Origin: an uncultured Planctomycetales bacterium
GTDB lineage: Bacteria; Omnitrophota; Gorgyraeia; Zapsychrales; Fredricksoniimonadaceae
Assembly (NCBI GenBank): GCA_964572155.1
Contig: CAZNDZ010000001.1
Coordinates: forward strand, 271,300-335,299
Direction: 5' to 3'
Length of the DNA: 64,000 nt
The translations under genes and the position numbers were made by a program. The stretch's first letter is position 1. Every line of letters starts with the position of its first letter. Shown in pieces: positions 56,282-64,000 of the stretch. The notes below the pieces were generated by a model. It made no database searches. It worked only from the letters and a program-made list of their open reading frames with translations, and was not told the origin of the DNA.

Positions 56282-57238
56282 ATGAGGCCCGTTTCCTTTT
56301 ATGTCGCCTGCCTAGGGTGTGCCATGTTTGTGGTAGCGGCATGCCTTTTTTGGAAGCCCATCCCTGTCTCGCATCATCCCTCCGCTGTTGTTGATCAAAC
56401 AAAGCGTGGCGTCTTCTTCGCCATTACAAAAACATCTACATCGCTCATCGCTGTTGGTGAACATGGCCGCATTTTCTTCTCAACCAATCAAGGTCAAACA
56501 TGGCGAAGCGTTTCAACCAATGTTGATCAAACATTGACGGGCATTTTCATGCTCAATGATCTGGTAGGTTGGGTGGTTGGGTATGACGGGATTATTTTAA
56601 AAACCAACGATGGTGGCGTTACATGGAGCGTGCTTCGAAAACCGACTTTAGATGAACCGCCGTTTTTTGCTGTTTGGTTTCAAGATGAAGCAATTGGCGT
56701 GGTTGTCGGAGCTGATAGTAGGACATATCGTACTAACGATGGCGGGCTTAGTTGGGATCAAATTAATATAGATGCCCAAGCACATCTTTACGCCATCACA
56801 CACAGTGCTGACAATGCACTTTGGATTATTGGAGAAAATAGCACGCTATATCAAAGTGTGAATGCTGGCATGACGTGGGCTCGCATCTCAACACCTTTCC
56901 CAAGTTCGTTCTTTGGATTAATTTCATTACCTGATAATACTGTGATGACCTATGGGTTGCGGGGACGCGTTGCGTTGTGGAATAATTCAAAACTTATTCA
57001 AACGAAACAAGTAATTGATGAGAGTTTATTTGCGGGGGTTGTGTTAAAAGACCAGCGTGTGGCGCTCGTCGGAAAACGTGGGCATATATTTATTGGTGAT
57101 GTCACGAGCTTAGATTTTAAAAGTAAGGAAATAATGCCCAATCATGACATTAGCGGTATTGTTGAAGTGGATGATGCGTTCATCTTAACGGGAGATTTTG
57201 GCATTGCCCAGGTAGCAAAGAAAGATGTGGGCTTATGA
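56282..57238 (+). CDS. BNR/Ycf48-like beta-propeller repeat protein
   Basis: Repeated …TxDGGxTW… motifs (TNDGGVTW, TNDGGLSW, VNAGMTW). Confidence 0.7.
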   Translation: MRPVSFYVACLGCAMFVVAACLFWKPIPVSHHPSAVVDQTKRGVFFAITKTSTSLIAVGEHGRIFFSTNQGQTWRSVSTNVDQTLTGIFMLNDLVGWVVGYDGIILKTNDGGVTWSVLRKPTLDEPPFFAVWFQDEAIGVVVGADSRTYRTNDGGLSWDQINIDAQAHLYAITHSADNALWIIGENSTLYQSVNAGMTWARISTPFPSSFFGLISLPDNTVMTYGLRGRVALWNNSKLIQTKQVIDESLFAGVVLKDQRVALVGKRGHIFIGDVTSLDFKSKEIMPNHDISGIVEVDDAFILTGDFGIAQVAKKDVGL

Positions 57239-59232
57239 CCTTTAGAAAAATCTTATCAATCGGTATATGCCTCGCTGCGATCGGGTTTTTGTTTCTAAAA
57301 CCTCTACAGCTAGACACGCGTTTGACAACGCTGTTGCCAAATGGCTATGCTAATGATTTTACCAGCAACGATAATGATAGCCGTTCCAATCGCATTTACG
57401 TGGTGTTGGCAGCAACAGCAGGAGAAATTTATAACGCCTCATTCTTAACCGCATTGCGGGATCTGACCGAGAATATATTCTTTTTACCAGGCGTAGATCG
57501 CAGTGGCGTTACATCGATCACCGCTCATGATATGAATTTCCGAGATATTATCGAGGATGGTTTTGATGGTGGCACCATTATCCCGGAGGAATATGCTTAT
57601 GACGACAAAGGGCTTGATGTGATCAAGCAACATGTGCAAAAGTCACACTTGGTCGGTCAAATTGTGGCCTACGATCATAAAAGCACTATGATCGTGGTGC
57701 CGTATTTCAAGGGTGTTGACGGAAATAAACTAACCCAAGATATTATCAAATTATTTCCTCAATCCAATGGCATTAACTTTAGTGTTATCGGCCAATCCCC
57801 ATTTGTGGTGGCGATGCAACAAGAATTCAACACGTCGCTAAAAATGTTGATGTTTGGCTGGCTGCTTGTGACAGTGTTGGCATATGTGTTTTTACGACGG
57901 AGCGTATGGTCCATGGCGCTTGCCCCTGTGTTAAGTGTCGTCTTGCAGTTGGCGCTGTATCGCTTATGTGCACCGACACTACATCCGTTTGTTTTTCCGG
58001 TGATTTGGGTCGTGGTCATGCTTGCGTGTTTAAACACGATATGGGGTGGATCATTGTTGACGTGCGCGGTGTTATTGTTGGCAACTAGCGTTTATGCGTT
58101 TGGAAGCCCACAGGCAATGCAAATGGCGATGCTATGTTTAACAGGCGCCGTCGGGCTTTTTGTGACACAGCAACTTTTTATAGACAAGACGTCTACTGGC
58201 ATGGACCGCGTACGTTTTGATTTAAACGTTCTGTCACTTGTGATGATATTTCTTATAGCAATGGTCGCAGCCGCACCTTTGGGCATTGGTAGCAATGAAG
58301 CCGCCCCTAAATTCTTAAAAGCCAATACAGCGTATAAACAATCGCAACAATTTGTATCAAAACATTATGCCTTTACATCCGATATGATGACCATCTCAAC
58401 GTTTGCCGCAGGTGAAGGATGCACAGATGTGGCTACGGTTAATGTTTTAGAAGAATTAAATTGGTGTTTAACAGATCATGCAGGTGTAAGGTCCGTCTGG
58501 AGTTTGTCCGAAGGCGTTAAGCGCATCAATATGTTCTTGCATGAAGATTATATAAAATGGCGCACCATCCCCCAAGAGCGTGCCACGTTGATTTCAGCGA
58601 CCAGTAATTTAGATCCAGCGTCAGGCTTGCTGGATGAATCCGGGCGCATTCTGCCTGTGCTGTTGTTTATGGAAGATCACGATCCTAATCAAATCACCAA
58701 GGTCTATGATGCGATTCGTCGGTTTAATTTTTCATCGAACCTACTAACACATCAAAATCCATCAGGCATGGCTGCGTTTGAAGCAGTAGAACTTAAAGCT
58801 GTGGTTAAGGCGTATAGAAATATTTGCGTGATCTTTTTGTTTGGACTTTTGCTGTTGACTCGCTGCTTTTTTCCTTGGAAAGAAACCATGGGCTTATGTT
58901 TTTTGATGGTGGTTGTTATTGCTGCAACAGCTGGATTTATAGCCCGCCTTGGTTTAGGCCTCGACGTAGATGTATTATTTGCGATTGTTTTAGGTGCCTG
59001 TGTTAGCACGTTGCTCTTGGGTTTAAGTGCAAGATCGCCTGCTGTGCGCAGTAAAACATTTTTGATGTTTTTAAGTGGGATCATTATGGCCGCAGGTGGT
59101 TTGGTTAGCGGGGTTAGTTTTATTTATACGACGGGACTTGTGATGGCGTGGATGATTTTTGTAACGGGCGTCTTGGCGTGGTTGTGTCTTAAGGGATCAT
59201 CAGATCTTCTGGATTCATCCGCAACGATTTAA
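57235..59232 (+). CDS. RND/MMPL-superfamily exporter-like membrane protein
   Basis: 665 aa with two blocks of TM helices separated by soluble loops. It is the usual fourth member of the DUF1302/DUF1329/BNR clusters. Confidence 0.65.
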   Translation: MTFRKILSIGICLAAIGFLFLKPLQLDTRLTTLLPNGYANDFTSNDNDSRSNRIYVVLAATAGEIYNASFLTALRDLTENIFFLPGVDRSGVTSITAHDMNFRDIIEDGFDGGTIIPEEYAYDDKGLDVIKQHVQKSHLVGQIVAYDHKSTMIVVPYFKGVDGNKLTQDIIKLFPQSNGINFSVIGQSPFVVAMQQEFNTSLKMLMFGWLLVTVLAYVFLRRSVWSMALAPVLSVVLQLALYRLCAPTLHPFVFPVIWVVVMLACLNTIWGGSLLTCAVLLLATSVYAFGSPQAMQMAMLCLTGAVGLFVTQQLFIDKTSTGMDRVRFDLNVLSLVMIFLIAMVAAAPLGIGSNEAAPKFLKANTAYKQSQQFVSKHYAFTSDMMTISTFAAGEGCTDVATVNVLEELNWCLTDHAGVRSVWSLSEGVKRINMFLHEDYIKWRTIPQERATLISATSNLDPASGLLDESGRILPVLLFMEDHDPNQITKVYDAIRRFNFSSNLLTHQNPSGMAAFEAVELKAVVKAYRNICVIFLFGLLLLTRCFFPWKETMGLCFLMVVVIAATAGFIARLGLGLDVDVLFAIVLGACVSTLLLGLSARSPAVRSKTFLMFLSGIIMAAGGLVSGVSFIYTTGLVMAWMIFVTGVLAWLCLKGSSDLLDSSATI

Positions 59233-60268
59233 TTGCACACTCATCGGCATAACCCACCCGCAATAAGGTTAGGATAAATTCTGGTTTCATGCCAATGGCA
59301 TCATGAATGTTTTTTTCATGCAAGGCGATATCACTCTGTTGCGCTGGTTCAAAAAATGTGCGGGTGATTTTTACAATGTCTACGCTGGAAGCAACCAAAT
59401 GACTGCTTAACCCTTCTTTTTGTAAGAAGTTTGTAATTTTCTGAATGTCCATCCAGTCTTTGACTAAAACATCAGAGGCATTATTGGTTTCTTTAAAGGC
59501 GATCAACAACCCCGTGCCATTTAATAATTTCAGATGAGATTGTTTAGCAATAGCTTTGGCGATAAAGTTGCCGCGCATCAAACGTCTAAAGATTGGATTT
59601 CTATTGGCACGTAAGAATTGCGCAGAGATCGTTGGGATTTCCAACGTCCTTAAATCAAGCCCGCGCCGTAATTTTTCTGCATCTTCTGGGGTAAAACACA
59701 CATTATCAATGATCTCTCCAAAAAGCTCGGAATTATCAATGCGCATGCTTTCAAGCGATGCTAAGTTATCAATCACCACCTGATTTTGCGTAATATCCAA
59801 AGCTTCACGGGTGGGCCCTTGAAAGATGTCACGTATTTTGGCTCTGATGTGCTCTGGAACAGCTTTTGTGTGGTGTAATTTACGATTGGTGTATCGAGCC
59901 AACACATGGGTGATGTCATGCGCTGCTGTATTTCCGGTTGGGGTAAAGGTAACTTCACACAATGCTTTACCAAGCAAGCCGTCTTTATCGTTTAAACGAT
60001 AGCTCATGGCATAATGCCAATGTGCAGCACCTTCAGATAGATTCTCTAATAGGGGGCCAAGCGAATAAAAAGGCAGATTCTCAAAGTTTTCTAAGAAACC
60101 ACCTTTGGCATCTTTAGCAAAAATAAGCAAACCACTATCTTTTAATTGAAAACCCCAAGGTTGTCCATTATAAGGTGAAGCGGCTTTGATCCCAACACGC
60201 AGGATATCTCGTAAAATGTGAGCTTCCATATTCAGCAATAGTGTAACCTTTCTGGCGTAATTTTCCAT
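59189..60268 (-). CDS. Hypothetical protein, possibly of the double nitroreductase-fold (Acg-like) family
   Basis: 359-aa ORF convergent with the RND gene. The family assignment is tentative. Confidence 0.45.
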   Translation of the reverse strand: MENYARKVTLLLNMEAHILRDILRVGIKAASPYNGQPWGFQLKDSGLLIFAKDAKGGFLENFENLPFYSLGPLLENLSEGAAHWHYAMSYRLNDKDGLLGKALCEVTFTPTGNTAAHDITHVLARYTNRKLHHTKAVPEHIRAKIRDIFQGPTREALDITQNQVVIDNLASLESMRIDNSELFGEIIDNVCFTPEDAEKLRRGLDLRTLEIPTISAQFLRANRNPIFRRLMRGNFIAKAIAKQSHLKLLNGTGLLIAFKETNNASDVLVKDWMDIQKITNFLQKEGLSSHLVASSVDIVKITRTFFEPAQQSDIALHEKNIHDAIGMKPEFILTLLRVGYADECAIKSLRMNPEDLMIP

Positions 60269-60369
60269 TGCTTTTTATTTAAAATCTGTTTAAAATAGCC
60301 ATTTCTTGTAAGCGTGTAAGATGTTGAAAATAATGTAATTTTGTCCCTAATTGAGAAAAAGGAAAACTA

Positions 60370-63300
60370 ATGCAGCATCCGAATCACCCACATAAACAAG
60401 GATTTTTCGATCCAAATAATGAAGTTGATGCCTGTGGCGTTGGTTTCATTGTAAATATTAAAGGTAAAAAGTCTCATGACATTGTGCGTCAAGGGATTCA
60501 GATCCTAGAAAATTTAGCACATCGCGGTGCATGCGGTTGTGATCCTGAAACTGGCGACGGGGCAGGCATTTTAATTCAAATGCCCGATGTATTCTTGCGT
60601 AAAGAAATGCAAAAGCAAGATATCACCTTGCCACCTGAAGGCGACTATGCCTGCGGGTTGGTTTTCTTACCGCCTTCCTTAGAAGATCGCAATATGATCG
60701 AACAGTGGACGGAGCATATCATCCATGAAGAAGGCCAAAAGTTAATCGGCTGGCGTACGGTGCCACATGATTCAACTAAAATCGGCCGTGTCGCGCGTTC
60801 TGTAGAGCCTGAATTTAAACAATTATTTATCGCACGCGGTAAAAATACACCACAAGCAGATTTTGACCGTAAGCTTTATGTCATCCGCAAGCGTCTTTGG
60901 TATAAGGTCTATACCTCAACTTTATCTCAAAAGAACTATTACTATTTCTGTTCCCTCAACAGCCGTACCTTGGTTTATAAAGGCCAGTTGATGTCTGAAC
61001 AAGTTGATCGTTTCTTTTTGGATTTAGCTGATGAGAGCATGACCTCCGCGATCGCGCTCATTCACTCACGCTATTCGACCAATACTTTCCCAAGCTGGGC
61101 TTTGGCACATCCGTATCGTTATATTGCGCACAATGGAGAAATCAACACCTTGCGTGGCAACATCAATTGGATGCATGCCCGTGAAAAACAATTTATTTCA
61201 GCAGCGTTTGGCGATGATCTAAAGAAGGTCTTGCCCATTGTTGTGCCACATGGTTCTGATACGGCAACCTTTGACAATGTGTTGGAAATGCTTGTTTTAG
61301 CTGGCCGTTCTTTGCCGCATGCCATGATGATGATGATCCCTGAGGCATGGAGTGCTAATCAAGAAATGGATCCACAAAAACGCGCCTTTTATGAATATCA
61401 TTCTTGTTTTATGGAACCATGGGATGGTCCAGCGGCGATCGCATTCTCCGACGGGCGTTACATGGGGGCCTTGCTTGACCGCAACGGCTTGCGTCCTTCG
61501 CGTTATATTGTGACCAACGATGATTTAGTTGTTATGGCCTCTGAAGCAGGTGTTTTACCCATTGGCCCAGAACGCATCATTAAAAAGGGTCGTTTGCAAC
61601 CCGGGAAAATGTTTTTAGTCGACACCCAAGAAGGTCGCATCATCGACGATAAAGAACTAAAAGCAGATTATGCGTCCCGTCATCCTTATGGCCAATGGCT
61701 TAAAGAAAATTTGGTTGATTTACGCAGTTTACCAAAGCCAAAGAAGGTTGAAGGCTTGAATGAAAAAACACTGTTAGCACGTCAACGTGCGTTTGGTTAT
61801 ACCTTAGAAGACACTAAGATCGTTTTGATGCCGATGGCTTTAGGTGAAGAAGCAACCGGTTCTATGGGTGCGGATGTGCCGTTGGCTGTTTTGTCTGATA
61901 AACCAAAATTATTGTACGACTATTTTAAGCAATTGTTCGCTCAGGTGACCAACCCACCCATCGACGCTATCCGTGAAGAAATCATCATGGCGGAAGATAT
62001 GATGTTGGGTCCCGAAGGCAATTTGTTGGAAGAAACACCACAACATGCGCATCGTTTGTGGATACAGCGTCCAATTATAACCAATGAAGAATTGGAACAA
62101 GTTGCTCATATCAATGCCGGTACCTTAAAGAGCGTGACCATCGAGGCTGTTTATAAAAAAGACGACGGCCCCAAAGGTTTGGCTAAGGCTTTGGACGTAA
62201 TTTTTAATAAAGCAGAAGCAGCGATCAATGAAGGCAACAGCATCATTATCTTAAGCGACAGGACATTGGGCACAAAGATGTTACCAATTCCAATGTTGTT
62301 GGCGTGTGCTGGCTTGCACCATCATTTGATCAGCAAGGGCATGCGTAGCAAAGCAAGCATCGTCGCTGAAACAGGCGAAGCCCGTGAAATGCATCATTTT
62401 GCTGTTCTCATCGGCTATGGGGTCAACGCCATTAATCCATATTTGGCTTTTGAAACCATTGAAGATTTAATCATCCAAGAACGTTTCGAACAACCCATTA
62501 CCTTCAAAGATGCTCAAAAGAATTTCTTAAAAGCAACTCATAAAGGTTTGTATAAAGTCATCTCTAAAATGGGGATATCGACGATACAGTCCTATTGCGG
62601 CGCTCAAATTTTTGAATGCGTTGGTTTGGCAGACAGCGTTGTGGATAAATATTTCACCGCAACCCCGTCGCGCATTGGTGGCATTGATTTAGAAACCATC
62701 GCACAAGAAGCCATCAAGCGTCATGACAAAGGTTATGGCGATTTGGCTGCATTGGATCACATGTTAGAAGAAGGCGGCGAATATGCATGGCGTAAAGAAG
62801 GGGAATTTCACCAATTAAACCCGACGACCATTGCCTTGTTGCAACATTCTGTCCGTTCAGGAAGCTATCCAATATTTAAGCAATACAGCAAGGCTGTGAA
62901 TAATTTAGATAAGCAAGCGGCGAATTTGCGCGGGCTTTTGAAATTTAAAGCAGGGCATCCTATACCAATCACCGACGTGGAACCTGCTAGCGAAATTGTA
63001 AAACGTTTTGCAACTGGGGCCATGAGTTATGGATCTATTTCCAAGGAAGCGCATGAGACCTTGGCCATTGCCATGAATCGTTTGGGTGGTTATTCCAATA
63101 CTGGTGAGGGTGGCGAAGATCCAGAGCGTTTTAAAAAGGAAGCCAATGGCGACTGGAAACGTAGCCGCATCAAGCAAGTGGCGCAAGGCCGTTTTGGGGT
63201 GACCATTGACTACTTGGTCAATGCCGATCAAATCCAAATCAAGATGGCACAAGGTGCGAAACCAGGTGAAGGCGGTCAATTGCCAGGCCATAAGGTATCT

Positions 63301-64000
63301 AGTGAAATTGCTAAAACACGTAATACGACGCCCGGTGTTGGTTTGATTTCACCGCCGCCGCATCACGATATTTATTCGATTGAAGATTTGTCACAATTGA
63401 TCCATGATTTGAAAAATGCCAACCCACAAGCCGCGATTTCCGTGAAGCTTGTGTCGGAAATTGGTGTTGGCACCGTCGCTGCAGGTGTGTCTAAGGGTAA
63501 AGCAGATCATGTGCTCATTTCTGGTTTTGAAGGTGGTACAGGTGCCTCCCCACAAACATCGATCAAACATGCGGGCTTGCCGATGGAATTAGGTATTGCC
63601 GAAACGCAACAAGTTTTGGTCATGAATGATTTGCGTGGTCGTATCCGTGTGCAAACCGATGGTCAATTAAAGTGTGGCCGTGACGTCGCCATTGCTGCGA
63701 TGTTGGGTGCTGATGAATTTGGTTTTGCCACAACCGCCCTTGTGACCATGGGTTGTATTTTGTTACGCAAATGCCATCTAAACACATGTTCCGTCGGTGT
63801 TGCTACCCAAGATCCTGAATTGCGTAAGAAGTTTGAAGGCAAGCCAGAACATGTGGTGAATTATTTTATGTACATTGCCGAAGAGGTGCGCGAGATCATG
63901 TCAGAATTAGGCTTTAGAAAATTCGAAGACATGGTTGGTCGTGTGGACATGTTGGAAGTCAAAGATGCCATCGAGCATTGGAAAGCCCGTGGCATTGATT
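60370..64000 (+). CDS. gltB: Glutamate synthase large subunit, N-terminal ~1210 aa. The gene runs off the right edge of the window.
   Basis: Starts [37 protein letters not shown]…, the class II GATase N-terminus with the catalytic Cys after Met-processing. FMN-domain sequences follow. Confidence 0.9.
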   Translation, partial: MQHPNHPHKQGFFDPNNEVDACGVGFIVNIKGKKSHDIVRQGIQILENLAHRGACGCDPETGDGAGILIQMPDVFLRKEMQKQDITLPPEGDYACGLVFLPPSLEDRNMIEQWTEHIIHEEGQKLIGWRTVPHDSTKIGRVARSVEPEFKQLFIARGKNTPQADFDRKLYVIRKRLWYKVYTSTLSQKNYYYFCSLNSRTLVYKGQLMSEQVDRFFLDLADESMTSAIALIHSRYSTNTFPSWALAHPYRYIAHNGEINTLRGNINWMHAREKQFISAAFGDDLKKVLPIVVPHGSDTATFDNVLEMLVLAGRSLPHAMMMMIPEAWSANQEMDPQKRAFYEYHSCFMEPWDGPAAIAFSDGRYMGALLDRNGLRPSRYIVTNDDLVVMASEAGVLPIGPERIIKKGRLQPGKMFLVDTQEGRIIDDKELKADYASRHPYGQWLKENLVDLRSLPKPKKVEGLNEKTLLARQRAFGYTLEDTKIVLMPMALGEEATGSMGADVPLAVLSDKPKLLYDYFKQLFAQVTNPPIDAIREEIIMAEDMMLGPEGNLLEETPQHAHRLWIQRPIITNEELEQVAHINAGTLKSVTIEAVYKKDDGPKGLAKALDVIFNKAEAAINEGNSIIILSDRTLGTKMLPIPMLLACAGLHHHLISKGMRSKASIVAETGEAREMHHFAVLIGYGVNAINPYLAFETIEDLIIQERFEQPITFKDAQKNFLKATHKGLYKVISKMGISTIQSYCGAQIFECVGLADSVVDKYFTATPSRIGGIDLETIAQEAIKRHDKGYGDLAALDHMLEEGGEYAWRKEGEFHQLNPTTIALLQHSVRSGSYPIFKQYSKAVNNLDKQAANLRGLLKFKAGHPIPITDVEPASEIVKRFATGAMSYGSISKEAHETLAIAMNRLGGYSNTGEGGEDPERFKKEANGDWKRSRIKQVAQGRFGVTIDYLVNADQIQIKMAQGAKPGEGGQLPGHKVSSEIAKTRNTTPGVGLISPPPHHDIYSIEDLSQLIHDLKNANPQAAISVKLVSEIGVGTVAAGVSKGKADHVLISGFEGGTGASPQTSIKHAGLPMELGIAETQQVLVMNDLRGRIRVQTDGQLKCGRDVAIAAMLGADEFGFATTALVTMGCILLRKCHLNTCSVGVATQDPELRKKFEGKPEHVVNYFMYIAEEVREIMSELGFRKFEDMVGRVDMLEVKDAIEHWKARGID

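Noticed and set aside
1-64000. A scan for CRISPR arrays, IS elements, transposases, integrases, phage genes and rRNA operons.
   Set aside because: There are no direct-repeat/spacer arrays and no transposase, integrase or phage-like ORFs in any frame. The only repeats are the two tRNA-adjacent elements and the two parS sites.

Overview
This 64 kb window is an origin-proximal chromosomal segment from a diderm bacterium, about 40-45% GC by eye, with classic sigma70-type promoters and strong AAGGAGG Shine-Dalgarno sites. The left edge carries the 5' end of dnaA on the minus strand, diverging from rpmH-yidD-yidC-jag(N-terminal domain only)-parA-parB. There is no rnpA or mnmE/gidAB in this block, and two near-consensus parS sites flank the jag/parA junction. 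Housekeeping blocks follow: ndk, yicC-gmk-rpoZ-coaC, a Leu/Cys/Val tRNA cluster, thrS-infC-rpmI-rplT-pheS-pheT, rarA, 5-formyl-THF cyclo-ligase, rny-ymdB-PilZ-gltX, an outer-membrane barrel, D-lactate dehydrogenase, a GGDEF cyclase, envelope and glycoconjugate membrane proteins, and sucCD plus a standalone Pta-N-like DRTGG protein.

Four things stand out.
- Two copies of a ~90-nt structured element (51 nt identical), each inserted just 3' of a tRNA gene. Its terminal inverted repeats co-vary and it ends with a partial duplicate of that tRNA's 3' end.
- Two tandem giant paralogous secreted proteins (1168 and about 1782 aa) that share a novel N-terminal ~300-aa domain and a ~50-aa C-terminal module. 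The larger one embeds a UDP-glucose-pyrophosphorylase-like nucleotidyltransferase domain.
- A nitrogen-assimilation island: a GAF-GAF-ANTAR regulator, amtB, glnK, amtB, type III glutamine synthetase (glnN), a GATase1, nadE and, further right, gltB. The leaders of amtB-1 and glnN share a bipartite motif, CAGT(G)ACT-N8/9-GGGCACAGA(G/C). In both, an ACAGAG/ACAGAC hexaloop hairpin has a 3' arm that overlaps the 5' arm of an intrinsic terminator, which is the ANTAR-target architecture. In addition there is a 40-codon membrane uORF before amtB-1 and an Asn-rich 10-codon uORF translationally coupled to glnN.
- An in-frame GT2 glycosyltransferase-DUF1302 outer-membrane-barrel fusion ORF (or a lost stop codon) at the head of a DUF1302-SDR-DUF1329-BNR-RND cluster.

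No CRISPR array, IS element, transposase or rRNA gene was seen.
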